The position numbers and the translations under genes were made by a program. 41,263 nt of DNA from an uncultured Candidatus Cloacimonadota bacterium (GTDB lineage: Bacteria > Cloacimonadota > Cloacimonadia > Cloacimonadales > TCS61), in the NCBI GenBank assembly GCA_964419355.1, contig CAYQOZ010000003.1, forward strand, positions 1 to 41,263, in the 5' to 3' direction. Each line of letters starts with the position of its first letter. The stretch's first letter is position 1. This document shows, one piece after another, positions 27,543-37,967 of this stretch. Under the pieces are notes generated by a model. That model ran no database searches. It was not told where the DNA came from and saw only the letters and a program-made list of their open reading frames with translations.

Positions 27543-30020
27543 TTAAATTTTTTCACCAATCACATCTTGGTAAATTCTATAAATATCATCATTGAAGCAG
27601 ATAAAAATAACTTTCTCAATTGTAACATTCTCTTCCAAAAAGGATTTAACATTTTTCACTGCTATTTCTGTAGCTCTACGAACTGGAAATCTATAAACAC
27701 CGCAACTGATTGCAGGAAAAGCAATTGTGGAAAGATTATTCTTTATAGCCAGTTGCAAACTTCTCTGATAACAATTCGTAAGCAATTCATCTTCTCTATT
27801 TGAACCGCCGTGCCAAACAGGACCAACAGTATGGATTACATTTTTTGCGGGCAGATAATATCCTTTCGTGATAACCGCATCACCGGTTACACAGCGTCCA
27901 ATTTTTCTACACTCTTTTCGCAATTCAATTCCAGCGGCACGGTGAATGGCTCCATCAACACCACCACCACCCATCAAGGTATTATTGGCGGCATTTACAA
28001 TAGCATCTACTTCTAATTTTGTAATGTCTCCTTTGATAATTTGAATTCTATTTCTAAGTGCTTTTTTCATCTCTTTGTAATAGATAAGAACTTCTTTTCC
28101 TTTTGGAGTAATCCTATATTTTTGATTGGAACTTTGCGGTTTTCTTGGAATTGTGTAAGTTGCCAACTTTTTTCTGCGAATAGAAGAAAGAGCTCTTTTG
28201 AGATTTCCTGCTTTTTTATCTTTACCCAAAATATCTGTTATTTGTGCACTAGAAAGCATATTATCTTGAATTGCTTGCAAAATATTTATTTGAATACTCG
28301 GTAACTCTGGAAAAACTACAAATTTGTTTTGATGACCAATTTTTTTAAGAATTTGGTTTGTATCTCTTGTGTTGCTCATTTTTTTGTAATAATTTATCAA
28401 GCCGTTTGTTGATTGGTCATGAGTTTTTACAGTCTTCTCATTTTTTAGTTCGGGTAGGATATTTTGTGCAAGCTGTTTTCCCAATTCCACTCCCCATTGA
28501 TCAAAACTGAAAATATTCCAGATAACTCCTTGCACAAAGATTTTGTGTTCATACATAGCGATTAAACTTCCCAATGTATGCGGAGTTAGTTGATTAAATA
28601 AAATGGAATTTGTAGGATTATTTCCCGCAAAAGTTTTGTATGGAATTAGAATGTCAGCATCTTCTTGCTTCATTCCTGAACTGTATAATTTTGCTTTAAC
28701 TTCTTTTGCTGTTTTGCCCAACATTAGAGCTTCGGTTTGAGCAAAAAAATTTGCCAAAAGCTTTTGATGATGGTCGCCGACAGGATTATGAGTAGAAATA
28801 GATGCCAGAAAATCACATGGAATCATCTTTGTGCCTTGATGAATAAGCTGGTAAAAAGCGTGTTGTCCGTTTGTTCCCGGTTCACCCCAAACGATTGGTC
28901 CCGTTTCGTAAGAAACTTGATTACCACTTCGGTCTATAGATTTTCCATTACTTTCCATATTTCCCTGTTGGAGATAAGCAGTAAATCGATGCAAATATTG
29001 GTCATATGGTAAGATAGCTTCAGTTTCCGCTCCAAAAAAATTGTTATACCAAATGCCAATCAAAGCAAGAATGACAGGAATATTTTTATTGAAATCGGTA
29101 TTTTTAAAGTGCTGATCCATCGCATAAGCACCTTCCAATAATTCCTTAAGATTTTCAAATCCAATCGAGCAAGAAATTGCCAGACCAATCGCACTCCAAA
29201 GTGAATAACGACCTCCTACCCAATTCCAAAAAACAAACATATTTTCGAGATCGATGCCAAATTCCTTCACCGCTTTTTCATTGGTGGAGATAGCCACGAA
29301 ATGCTTCTTAATAAACTCTTCTTTTTTGGCGTGCAATAAAAACCATTTTCGGGCAGTTCTAGCGTTTGTCATAGTTTCTTGCGTGGTGAAAGTTTTAGAA
29401 GCTATTAAAAACAGCGTGGTTTCCGGATCAATTTTTTTTAGAATTTCCACAATATGCGTGCCATCAATATTGGAAACAAAATGGGATTCGATGTTTATTT
29501 TTTTATAGGGTTTTAATGCTTCTGTTACCATCAGAGGTCCTAAATCGGAGCCACCAATTCCAATATTTACGATGTCGGTAATTGCTTTACCAGTAAAGCC
29601 TTTCCAATGTCCGCTCGTAATTTTTTCGGAAAATATTTTCATCTGCTGAAGCACTTTTTGTATTTTTGGTTTGATATTATTATGGTCAACAATTGTTGGC
29701 GTGTCCGAACTATCTCGCAAAGCTGTGTGCAACACGGCTCTCTTTTCAGTTTCATTAATTTTTGCACCACAAAATAGGTCGTTAATTGCATTATCAAGCT
29801 CAACTTCTCGGGCTAATTTGATGAGAAGTGAAAGTGTCTCTTTGGTGACTATATTTTTGGAAAAATCTACCAAAATGTCTTCAAAAATGAGTGAAAATTT
29901 TTCAAATCTCTTTTTGTCATTTTGAAAAATATCTTTCATTTGAACATTTTTCATTCGCTGAAAATGTTCTTCCAAGTTCATCCAAGCCATTGTTTTAGTG
30001 GGGTTAATCTTCTTTAACAT
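27543..30020 (-). CDS. pgi: Glucose-6-phosphate isomerase fused to winged-HTH and MacroD macrodomain
   Basis: aa 1-548 PGI ([54 protein letters not shown]). aa ~549-650 wHTH-like ([16 protein letters not shown]). aa ~651-825 macrodomain ([36 protein letters not shown]). Confidence 0.9.
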   Translation of the reverse strand: MLKKINPTKTMAWMNLEEHFQRMKNVQMKDIFQNDKKRFEKFSLIFEDILVDFSKNIVTKETLSLLIKLAREVELDNAINDLFCGAKINETEKRAVLHTALRDSSDTPTIVDHNNIKPKIQKVLQQMKIFSEKITSGHWKGFTGKAITDIVNIGIGGSDLGPLMVTEALKPYKKINIESHFVSNIDGTHIVEILKKIDPETTLFLIASKTFTTQETMTNARTARKWFLLHAKKEEFIKKHFVAISTNEKAVKEFGIDLENMFVFWNWVGGRYSLWSAIGLAISCSIGFENLKELLEGAYAMDQHFKNTDFNKNIPVILALIGIWYNNFFGAETEAILPYDQYLHRFTAYLQQGNMESNGKSIDRSGNQVSYETGPIVWGEPGTNGQHAFYQLIHQGTKMIPCDFLASISTHNPVGDHHQKLLANFFAQTEALMLGKTAKEVKAKLYSSGMKQEDADILIPYKTFAGNNPTNSILFNQLTPHTLGSLIAMYEHKIFVQGVIWNIFSFDQWGVELGKQLAQNILPELKNEKTVKTHDQSTNGLINYYKKMSNTRDTNQILKKIGHQNKFVVFPELPSIQINILQAIQDNMLSSAQITDILGKDKKAGNLKRALSSIRRKKLATYTIPRKPQSSNQKYRITPKGKEVLIYYKEMKKALRNRIQIIKGDITKLEVDAIVNAANNTLMGGGGVDGAIHRAAGIELRKECRKIGRCVTGDAVITKGYYLPAKNVIHTVGPVWHGGSNREDELLTNCYQRSLQLAIKNNLSTIAFPAISCGVYRFPVRRATEIAVKNVKSFLEENVTIEKVIFICFNDDIYRIYQDVIGEKI

Positions 30021-30033
30021 ATAGTTTTACCTT

Positions 30034-30195
30034 TTAATTGATTTTAGAAAAGGATATCCTACTTTCACTAATTACATTTTCTTCAGCATCAGTAACTTGG
30101 GGAACTGTTTTTGAATCTCTTTCTACACCATCGATTGCACCAGTCAAAACAGTCAAGAGTAAGATAACAAGAATCAACAATAATACCTTTTTCAT
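30034..30195 (-). CDS. 53-aa small exported or membrane protein (not in ORF track)
   Basis: SD AGGAGA. Translates MKKVLLLILVILLLTVLTGAIDGVERDSKTVPQVTDAEENVISESRISFSKIN*. The stop is 13 nt before the pgi ATG. Confidence 0.7.
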   Translation of the reverse strand: MKKVLLLILVILLLTVLTGAIDGVERDSKTVPQVTDAEENVISESRISFSKIN

Positions 30196-30223
30196 TTAAA
30201 TCTCCTAATTTTTACATCTTCAC

Positions 30224-30296
30224 CGAAAAAAATGTGCCCTAACTTTTTGGCAAGAATTATTTTTATTTGACCAAATTAGCTTAATTCAAAATCTGT
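30224..30296. promoter_or_regulatory. Putative divergent promoters (pgi operon and C25 peptidase)
   Basis: Minus strand TTGCCA-N18-TTTTCG (30253-30224). Plus strand TTGACC-N18-ATCTGT (30267-30296). Confidence 0.5.
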
Positions 30297-30326
30297 CATC
30301 AAAATTAATAAATTTGGAGATTTAGA

Positions 30327-33300
30327 ATGAAAAAAATATTTTTATTATTATTGTTGCTACCAATTTTTATTTCGGCAATTAATGTTGAAATTGAACGACC
30401 ACAACTTTTTGGAAATCACTTCACGAATGAATTACCAAAAATGATGAATATTGGCGAGCCAGCGATGCCATTTGTACCCATCAAAATTTTATTGCCGATG
30501 GGCGAAGAGTTGGCTGAAATTTTTGTTGAATTTGGTGATGAAAAAACTTTAGCAGGTTCGCATTACATTGATTTTGCACGTCAGCCGCAACCATTTTCAC
30601 AACCAACTTTTGATGCGACAGAGCCAAATAACGAAATTTACAAAAGCGAAAAATATTTTCCAAATAATAATTATGAAATTCTTGGAACGCAAACTTTTAA
30701 AGGCTATAATTTGCTTTTGGTAAATTTGTTTCCTTACAAATATTCGCCGAAAAATGGAAACATTATTTGGTTTGAAAATGTGGAAATTTCGTTTTCGACA
30801 ACACCAAATTTAGATTTGAAAAACCAACAAAATGAGATGCTAATTTCTAACGACAAAACAAAATCAAAAATCAAAAATATTATTATAAACTCAGAAAACA
30901 TAAGAAGTTACCAAAAAGAATATTTTTCTAAAAACCGTAGTTTGGTGAGTTCGGAAAATCCGTTTGAGATGATTATTATCACCGATGCGGAATGTGAACC
31001 ATATTTTGCGGATTTCATCGATTGGAAAGCAACTCACGATATCTCTGCCACCACTTTTTTAACTTCCGATATTTACGCAGAATATGAAGGCATTAACAAT
31101 CAAGAAAAAATCAAAAATTTTATTCGAGATGCGTTCATCACATTTTCCGCTACTGAAACACCTCTTGAATATGTCATTTTGGGCGGTGATGATGAAATTG
31201 TTCCCATTCGCACAGTTTGGATAGATACGGGTTTTGGCTACACCGATGCCAGTATGCCTTCCGATTTGTATTATGGTTGTCTCGACGATAATTGGGATGA
31301 TAATGAAAATGGAACTTATTGTGAGTTGGAAGATGAACCCGACATCATTCCAGATGTTACGGTTGGCAGATTTCCGGCTGAAACCGAAACAGAATTTGCC
31401 AATATTTTCAATAAAACATACGATTACATTGAAACGACAAATGTGAGCAACGACATCGCTTATATGGTGGGTGAAAATTTGAATTGGGATCCGGTAACTT
31501 GGGGTGGTGATTACAATGATGAAATTTTGGATTCTCTCCCTACTTTTGAAGATGATTATCATGTTTTCAAACTTTATGGACGCGAGGGAACTTACAGTCC
31601 ACAAAATGTAAAAGATGCAATAAACAACGGCTTGAGCATCATAAACCATATGGGACATTCCAACGAATCTATCGTTTTTGGACAAAACATAGGCTCAGTG
31701 AATAGCTACACAAATACAGAATTTGGGTTTGCTTACACCCAAGGTTGTTACCCTGCCGCCTTTGATGAAATGACAAGTCAGCAAGGTGAAAGTATTGCGG
31801 AAAATTTGGTGAAAGGTGAACGTGGTTTGTACGCTTTTGTTGGCAATACGCGTTACGGTTGGTACATGCCCGGCAGCACTGATGGACCTTCTCAACCTTA
31901 CGATATAGAATTTTTCGTGGCAATTTTTAATAATAATATTCGCCAACTTGGAAAAGCACTTGATGAATCGCGTATAATTTTGGCAAATACGGCTTTACAA
32001 TATGGATGTAATCGCTGGGTACATTTGGAATTAGTGCTTTTTGGTGATCCCTCTATTGCCGTAAAAGAACCGATTGGTGCGTTCCCGTTTATCCAACCAT
32101 ATTTGGTGGAATTTGATGATTCCCAAACTGGTGATAGTGATGAAACGTCAAATCCGGGTGAAAATATTGAAATCAATGTAGTTTTGGAAAATTTGGAAGG
32201 TTGGGCGGATGCGACTGATGTTGGTGCGATTCTTACCTTCGAAGATAATACAATTCAAATTTTGACGGGTGAAGTTTCTTATGGCAATATTGAGAATGGA
32301 ACGCTTGGCACTGCTTCTCCATTTCTCATCTCAATTCCGCAAGATTGCAATTATGACTCTTATAAATATACTGTTACCGTTGCCGCACCCGTTACCGAGA
32401 ATTCCTACTTTGAACGCTCTTACGATTTTGATTTGCAGATTTCACTATTTCAACAAAATTGGCCTTGGGCAGCATCTTCCACAGTTCTTGGAAATCCAAT
32501 CATCACCGATTTTAATGAAGATGGAACGAGTGATATTTTAATTGTTGATGCAAATTCAAACATAAATTTATTGAATATTGATGCAGAACAACATTCTGGT
32601 TTTCCGCTGAATGGCGACTCTGGTATTTGGAAAAGCATCGCATTTGGGGATATCAATAATGATGAAAGTTCAGAAATTATTATTGCAAATCGTGATGGTG
32701 AAATCATCGCAATCGATAATTATGGAAACGAAATTTTTAATAATGCCGAATGTTGCGAACAACTTCTCACTCCGATAATTGCCGATGTGAATGGTGATGA
32801 AAATATGGATATCATTAGTTTTGGCATGAATAAAATGTTGAATGTTTTGGATAATTCTGGGAATATGTTGCCGAATTTTCCAATTGAATTTTCTTCCATC
32901 TCTTTGAATGAAATGGCTTCTGTCGACTTCGATGAAGATGGTAAAAATGAAATTTTAATTGGTATCTCTTCTCCAGGAATTTTGCACGCTATAAATCATT
33001 TAGGCGAAAATATTGCCGATTTTCCGGTCGAATTTTCAGCCTCACTTTGCTCGGCACCGATTGTGTTGGATAATCTGAAAATTGCGGTGGGAACTTCTGA
33101 TAACAAAATTCATCTCATCGATAATTTGGGCAACATTCTGTTTACAAAAAATTTGAATGGAAGAGTCGTGAAATCTGCCATTGCAACCGATTTCGACAAT
33201 GATGAAGTCTTGGAAATCGCTTTTGCAACAACAAATGGTGAACTTCATATCATCAATCAAAATGGCGAATATTTGAACGGTTGGCCAATTGACATTGATT

Positions 33301-33929
33301 CTTCAATTCCAAATGCACCAATTTCTGCCGACATAAATAATGATGATTTTGCCGATTTACTCTGCTTCAATTCATTGAGCGACTTTTTTGCATTTGATGC
33401 AAATGGTATCGAATTTGATTTCGCACCAGTCCCGATAGGTCTCATCGGAAATACGCCTGCCAGTATTGAAGATATTGATGGAGATGGCGATTATGACATC
33501 ATTGCCGGCACCACGACGGGAGCGATTATTATCGATTGTAAACTTCCTAAAGGTGAGAAAATTCCGTGGAATACATATCGTGGGAATTTGTGCAGAACTG
33601 GATTTTATGGTGATAATGAAATATTCACAAATGTAAATAATAACGAATTGGAAATAACGAATTTCAATTTGCAAAACTATCCAAATCCATTTAATGATGC
33701 AACTACTATTTCGTTCACATTAAATGCTGAAAATACTAAAAAAGCCGAAATTGAAATTTACAATATAAAGGGACAGAAAGTGAAAACTTTTCCCAATCTC
33801 CAAATCACGAATTCACCAAATTTCCAAATAGTTTGGAACGCCAAAAAATTCTCATCTGGTATCTATTTTTACCGTCTAATTGCAGATGATAAAATTATAA
33901 AAACAAAAAAATGTTTGTTGATAAAATAG
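30327..33929 (+). CDS. C25 (gingipain-like) cysteine peptidase with FG-GAP-like repeats and a T9SS-like C-terminal domain
   Basis: Signal peptide, propeptide GEPAMP, YVILGGD..IVP, SDLYY, VGRFP, NHMGHS, QGCY, LFGDP. Repeated D(I/F/V)(N/D).D motifs. NYPNPFN...YNIKGQKV...SGIYFY. Confidence 0.9.
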   Translation: MKKIFLLLLLLPIFISAINVEIERPQLFGNHFTNELPKMMNIGEPAMPFVPIKILLPMGEELAEIFVEFGDEKTLAGSHYIDFARQPQPFSQPTFDATEPNNEIYKSEKYFPNNNYEILGTQTFKGYNLLLVNLFPYKYSPKNGNIIWFENVEISFSTTPNLDLKNQQNEMLISNDKTKSKIKNIIINSENIRSYQKEYFSKNRSLVSSENPFEMIIITDAECEPYFADFIDWKATHDISATTFLTSDIYAEYEGINNQEKIKNFIRDAFITFSATETPLEYVILGGDDEIVPIRTVWIDTGFGYTDASMPSDLYYGCLDDNWDDNENGTYCELEDEPDIIPDVTVGRFPAETETEFANIFNKTYDYIETTNVSNDIAYMVGENLNWDPVTWGGDYNDEILDSLPTFEDDYHVFKLYGREGTYSPQNVKDAINNGLSIINHMGHSNESIVFGQNIGSVNSYTNTEFGFAYTQGCYPAAFDEMTSQQGESIAENLVKGERGLYAFVGNTRYGWYMPGSTDGPSQPYDIEFFVAIFNNNIRQLGKALDESRIILANTALQYGCNRWVHLELVLFGDPSIAVKEPIGAFPFIQPYLVEFDDSQTGDSDETSNPGENIEINVVLENLEGWADATDVGAILTFEDNTIQILTGEVSYGNIENGTLGTASPFLISIPQDCNYDSYKYTVTVAAPVTENSYFERSYDFDLQISLFQQNWPWAASSTVLGNPIITDFNEDGTSDILIVDANSNINLLNIDAEQHSGFPLNGDSGIWKSIAFGDINNDESSEIIIANRDGEIIAIDNYGNEIFNNAECCEQLLTPIIADVNGDENMDIISFGMNKMLNVLDNSGNMLPNFPIEFSSISLNEMASVDFDEDGKNEILIGISSPGILHAINHLGENIADFPVEFSASLCSAPIVLDNLKIAVGTSDNKIHLIDNLGNILFTKNLNGRVVKSAIATDFDNDEVLEIAFATTNGELHIINQNGEYLNGWPIDIDSSIPNAPISADINNDDFADLLCFNSLSDFFAFDANGIEFDFAPVPIGLIGNTPASIEDIDGDGDYDIIAGTTTGAIIIDCKLPKGEKIPWNTYRGNLCRTGFYGDNEIFTNVNNNELEITNFNLQNYPNPFNDATTISFTLNAENTKKAEIEIYNIKGQKVKTFPNLQITNSPNFQIVWNAKKFSSGIYFYRLIADDKIIKTKKCLLIK

Positions 33930-33938
33930 AAGGATGAT

Positions 33939-34157
33939 GTGAAAGGAAAAGTAAAGTGGTTTGATGAATCCAAGGGTTACGGTTTTGTGCTGACTGAAAA
34001 TAATGAGGAATATTTTGTTCATTGGAAATCAATCGTAACCGCTTCCGACCGAAACAGAAAGTTTTTAGTCGAGGGCGAAGACATAAATTTTGATCTATTT
34101 GAAACAGAAAAAGGGATGCAGGCTATCAATGTGGTGCGACTGCTTCCACAAGAGTAA
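33939..34157 (+). CDS. Cold-shock domain protein
   Basis: GKVKWF...KGYGF, FVHW, L.EGE.I.F, KG.QA.NV. Confidence 0.93.
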   Translation: MKGKVKWFDESKGYGFVLTENNEEYFVHWKSIVTASDRNRKFLVEGEDINFDLFETEKGMQAINVVRLLPQE

Positions 34158-34224
34158 TTTTAGTCTCAATTCAGCATAATTACAAACAATTATAACAATT
34201 AAATCCAACATTTAAATTGTAAAA

Positions 34225-34251
34225 TTAGCACTCATATGTAAAGTCTGCTAA
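34225..34251. promoter_or_regulatory. CIRCE element 1
   Basis: TTAGCACTC-N9-GTCTGCTAA versus consensus TTAGCACTC-N9-GAGTGCTAA. Confidence 0.85.
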
Positions 34252-34259
34252 AAAATAAT

Positions 34260-34289
34260 TTGACAATTAAGATTAGTTTATTAAATTGT
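34260..34289 (+). promoter_or_regulatory. hrcA operon promoter
   Basis: TTGACA at 34260-34265 between the two CIRCEs, then N18-AATTGT (or N16-TAAATT). Confidence 0.65.
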
Positions 34290-34295
34290 CCTCAG

Positions 34296-34322
34296 TTAGC
34301 AAATAATGAATTGGAGTGCTAA
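34296..34322. promoter_or_regulatory. CIRCE element 2
   Basis: TTAGCAAAT-N9-GAGTGCTAA. Confidence 0.85.
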
Positions 34323-34338
34323 TAAAAAAAGGTGAAAA

Positions 34339-35391
34339 ATGAAAAAAACAGAATTAAGAAGAAAACAGGTTTTGATGCATTTGGTGGAGGATTATATCCA
34401 GAATGTTGAACCTATTCCTTCTCAAATGATAAGTGATAAATATATTACAGATATTAGTCCAGCAACTATTAGGATAGACTTGAGCAAACTTGAAAAAGAG
34501 AGTCTTATTTTTCAACAACATACTTCCGGTGGAAGAATTCCTACCATAAAAGGATATCGACAATATATCAAAAATATTACCCCGCAAATCGAAAATGTGG
34601 GTTACGATAAAGTGGATATTTTACGCAATCTACTGATAAAATATTACAAAGATACTCCGCTGGCACTTCACTATATAATGCAGCTTTTGGCGAAAGAGAC
34701 AGACCAGCTTAGCTTTGTAGCAGAACCAGAAATTTCGCACGGTTCACTAAAAAAATTAGATGTTTTCAAAATTTCAGAAGATAAATTATTATTTGTGATA
34801 AGTTTGGATTCGGGACTCGATAAAACTGTGATTTTAAAATGCGATTACAATATTAGCGAGCAACAATTGCGAGCATTGGTTAGGTATGTAAATGAAGAAT
34901 TTGCCGGATTGAGAATTTTTGATATTCAGGATAGATTTCTTGATAAAATTTCCGAAGATTTGAGTGAAGAGAATAAATTATTGAAAGCGTTTTTAGACGA
35001 ACTTCAAAATGCATTTTCCGAAATAAGTAGCTTTTTCATCCATTTTGATGGCAATATAAGTTTTTTGGAACAGCCTGAATTTGATGATAAAAGTTCTATT
35101 TTAAGTTTTCTCGGTTTTATGCAAAGACAAGACCATCTCATCAAAATAATGCAGAAAAATGAAAGCGATAAAAAGTTCAATGTTCTGATGGGAGAAGAAC
35201 TTGGGCAACCCAGCCTTTCCAATTATTCACTAATATTTTCCAAATATGAGCTTTTTGGAGTTCCGGGTTATTTGGGTGCGTTGGGTCCGATTCGAATGGA
35301 TTACAAAAAAAATATTCCAATTATTCGCAATATTGCGGAAGTAATAACAAATACAACGAGAAAAGGAATGGTGGTTCCAGAAAATGGCTAA
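34339..35391 (+). CDS. hrcA: Heat-inducible transcription repressor HrcA
   Basis: SPATIR, HTSGGRIPT.KGYRQY, LGPIRMDY. CIRCE upstream and grpE downstream. Confidence 0.95.
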   Translation: MKKTELRRKQVLMHLVEDYIQNVEPIPSQMISDKYITDISPATIRIDLSKLEKESLIFQQHTSGGRIPTIKGYRQYIKNITPQIENVGYDKVDILRNLLIKYYKDTPLALHYIMQLLAKETDQLSFVAEPEISHGSLKKLDVFKISEDKLLFVISLDSGLDKTVILKCDYNISEQQLRALVRYVNEEFAGLRIFDIQDRFLDKISEDLSEENKLLKAFLDELQNAFSEISSFFIHFDGNISFLEQPEFDDKSSILSFLGFMQRQDHLIKIMQKNESDKKFNVLMGEELGQPSLSNYSLIFSKYELFGVPGYLGALGPIRMDYKKNIPIIRNIAEVITNTTRKGMVVPENG

Positions 35392-35926
35392 AAAGAAAAA
35401 AGATAAGGTGTTAGAAGAAAAAAAAGAACTTTCTTTAGAAGAGAAGTATGAAAATTTGGCTGAAGAAAATAATGAACTGAAAGATAAACTTCTGCGTCAT
35501 GTTGCTGAGTTTGAAAATTTTCGCAAAAGGTCTTTCACAGAAAAATCAGATTGGATTAAAAATGCGAATGAAAGGTTGGTTTTGGAAGTTTGTGATGTGC
35601 TCGATAATTTTGAGCGTGCACTCCATCCCAATCTAGAAGAAATGGAGACAGAAGCATTCCAAAAAGGTATTGAATTAATTTATCAGCAACTTGATAATTT
35701 AATCAAAAAAGAGGGTGTGAAAAAAATTGAAACAAATGGTCAACTGTTTGACCCAAATGTGCATGAAGCTCTTGCTCACATACCTTCCGAACTTAAAGAA
35801 AATGAAATTGTCGCCGTTATTCAAAATGGTTACAAGATGAATGAAAAGATTATCAGACCTGCACGCGTTGCAGTTTCAAATGGTGAAAAACAACAAATAG
35901 AAAAAAAACAAAAAGGTAAAAAATAG
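35384..35926 (+). CDS. grpE: Nucleotide exchange factor GrpE
   Basis: AEFENFRKR, LDNFERAL, FDPNVHEA, Q.GY.....IRPARV. Confidence 0.96.
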   Translation: MAKKKKDKVLEEKKELSLEEKYENLAEENNELKDKLLRHVAEFENFRKRSFTEKSDWIKNANERLVLEVCDVLDNFERALHPNLEEMETEAFQKGIELIYQQLDNLIKKEGVKKIETNGQLFDPNVHEALAHIPSELKENEIVAVIQNGYKMNEKIIRPARVAVSNGEKQQIEKKQKGKK

Positions 35927-35935
35927 GAGGATATT

Positions 35936-37900
35936 ATGGGAAAAATTATTGGCATTGATCTCGGAACAACAAACTCATGTGTAAGTGTGATGGAGGGCGG
36001 AAAGGCGACCGTTATCCAAAATGCAGAAGGAACAAGAACGACTTCATCGGTGGTGGCGTTCACGAAAGACAAAGAAAGATTGGTTGGGCAAATTGCCAAA
36101 AGGCAAGCAGTTACTAACCCAAAAAACACAATTTCTTCCATCAAAAGATTTATGGGAAGACAGTTGAACGAAGTTGGTTCGGAAGTAAAAAGTGTGAACT
36201 ATCAAATCAAAGGTGGAAAATCTGGTGAAACAGTAGTTCATATTGATGTAGAAAATAAGGATTTCACACCGCAAGAAATTTCGGCAATGATTCTTGTAAA
36301 GATGAAAGAAACTGCGGAAGCGCATCTCGGTCAAAAAATTACGGAAGCAGTGGTTACGGTGCCAGCATATTTTAACGATGCACAAAGGCAAGCGACAAAA
36401 GATGCAGGCAAAATCTCCGGTCTTGATGTGAAAAGAATTATCAATGAGCCGACTGCTGCCGCTCTTGCTTATGGTCTCGAAAGTAAAAAAGAGGAAAAAA
36501 TTGCAGTTTACGATCTTGGTGGTGGAACTTTTGATATTTCCATTCTCGAAGTTGCAGAAGGTGTGGTAGAAGTGCTATCTACAAATGGCGATACTCATCT
36601 TGGTGGAGATGATTTTGATAAAATCGTTATGGATTGGATTCTTTCTGAATTCAAAAAACAAGAAGGTGTGGATATTTCTAACGACCCGATGGCTCTTCAA
36701 AGAATTAAAGAAGCGGCAGAAAAAGCTAAAATTGAACTTTCTGGAACGCAAACCACAAACATCAATTTACCGTTTATTACAGCAGATGCGAGTGGTCCAA
36801 AACATTTGAATTTGAATCTTTCACTCGCCGAATTTAATAGAATGACAGCAAATCTTATCGCTCGTTCTATCGAACCTTGCAAAAAAGCTCTCAAAGATGC
36901 AAAACTCAGCGTTGGTGAAATTGATGAAATTTTGCTCGTAGGTGGAAGCACAAGAATTCCAGCAGTTGTGGAAGATGTGGAAAAATTCTTTGGCAAAAAA
37001 GCGAATAAAAGTGTGAATCCAGATGAAGTTGTAGCAGTTGGTGCGGCAATTCAAGGTGGCATTTTAGCTGGCGATGAAAATTTGAGCGATATTTTACTTC
37101 TTGATGTAACTCCACTCTCTCTTGGAATTGAAACTTTGGGTGGTGTGATGACATCTCTCATCGAAAGAAATACTACTATTCCAACTAAAAAGAGCCAAAC
37201 TTTTAGCACTGCTGCCGATAATCAACCAGCGGTCTCAATCGTTGTTTTGCAGGGTGAGCGTTCGATGGCAAAAGATAATCGCAGACTTGGAAATTTTGAA
37301 CTTACTGGAATTCCACCAGCACCACGCGGAATGCCACAAATTGAGGTAACTTTTGATATCGATGCAAACGGTATTTTGCATGTTCATGCCAAAGATAAAG
37401 GAACCGGAAAAGAGCATTCTATCAAGATTGAGCGAACTGGAACTTTAGATGAGAATGAAATCGACAGAATGGTAAAAGATGCAGAAGCACACGCAGATGA
37501 AGATAAAAAGCAGAAAGAATCTATTTTGGCTCAGAATGAACTTGATACGCTGATTTTCTCGACCGAAAAAAGTATAAAAGAATACGGTGATAAACTGAAA
37601 GACGATGAGAAAAAACAAGTGGAAGACGCTATCGAAGATGCAAAAAAGAAGCTTGAAGAACTCACAAAACAGTCTGCTTCCAAAGAAGAATACGAAGCTG
37701 TTCGTGATGAATTGGCAGAAAAAGCGAAGAAAATTGGCGAAATCATTTATGCGGAAATGCAAAAACAGCAATCAGCCCAAGGTGCTCCAAATATGAATGA
37801 TGCTAATTTTGATCCAAGTAAAATGGCTGGACAGCAAGAATCAAAGAAGGATGACGGTGCTGTCGATGCAGATTTTGAAGTAGTTGACGAAGATAAATAA
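35936..37900 (+). CDS. dnaK: Chaperone DnaK
   Basis: [48 protein letters not shown]. Confidence 0.99.
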   Translation: MGKIIGIDLGTTNSCVSVMEGGKATVIQNAEGTRTTSSVVAFTKDKERLVGQIAKRQAVTNPKNTISSIKRFMGRQLNEVGSEVKSVNYQIKGGKSGETVVHIDVENKDFTPQEISAMILVKMKETAEAHLGQKITEAVVTVPAYFNDAQRQATKDAGKISGLDVKRIINEPTAAALAYGLESKKEEKIAVYDLGGGTFDISILEVAEGVVEVLSTNGDTHLGGDDFDKIVMDWILSEFKKQEGVDISNDPMALQRIKEAAEKAKIELSGTQTTNINLPFITADASGPKHLNLNLSLAEFNRMTANLIARSIEPCKKALKDAKLSVGEIDEILLVGGSTRIPAVVEDVEKFFGKKANKSVNPDEVVAVGAAIQGGILAGDENLSDILLLDVTPLSLGIETLGGVMTSLIERNTTIPTKKSQTFSTAADNQPAVSIVVLQGERSMAKDNRRLGNFELTGIPPAPRGMPQIEVTFDIDANGILHVHAKDKGTGKEHSIKIERTGTLDENEIDRMVKDAEAHADEDKKQKESILAQNELDTLIFSTEKSIKEYGDKLKDDEKKQVEDAIEDAKKKLEELTKQSASKEEYEAVRDELAEKAKKIGEIIYAEMQKQQSAQGAPNMNDANFDPSKMAGQQESKKDDGAVDADFEVVDEDK

Positions 37901-37908
37901 AATTTAAA

Positions 37909-37942
37909 AAATCCTTCCCGATAATTTTTTCGGGAAGGATTT
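37909..37942 (+). terminator. Stem-loop between dnaK and dnaJ (terminator or mRNA stabiliser)
   Basis: 13-bp stem AAATCCTTCCCGA / TCGGGAAGGATTT with a weak U tail. Confidence 0.7.
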
Positions 37943-37967
37943 ATAATCTTAACAACAGGAATTTTAA

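Noticed and set aside
191-28070. RtcB and the macrodomain as one RNA-repair system
   Set aside because: They are about 26 kb apart with unrelated housekeeping genes between them, and there is no Tpt1/KptA or RtcA in the window.
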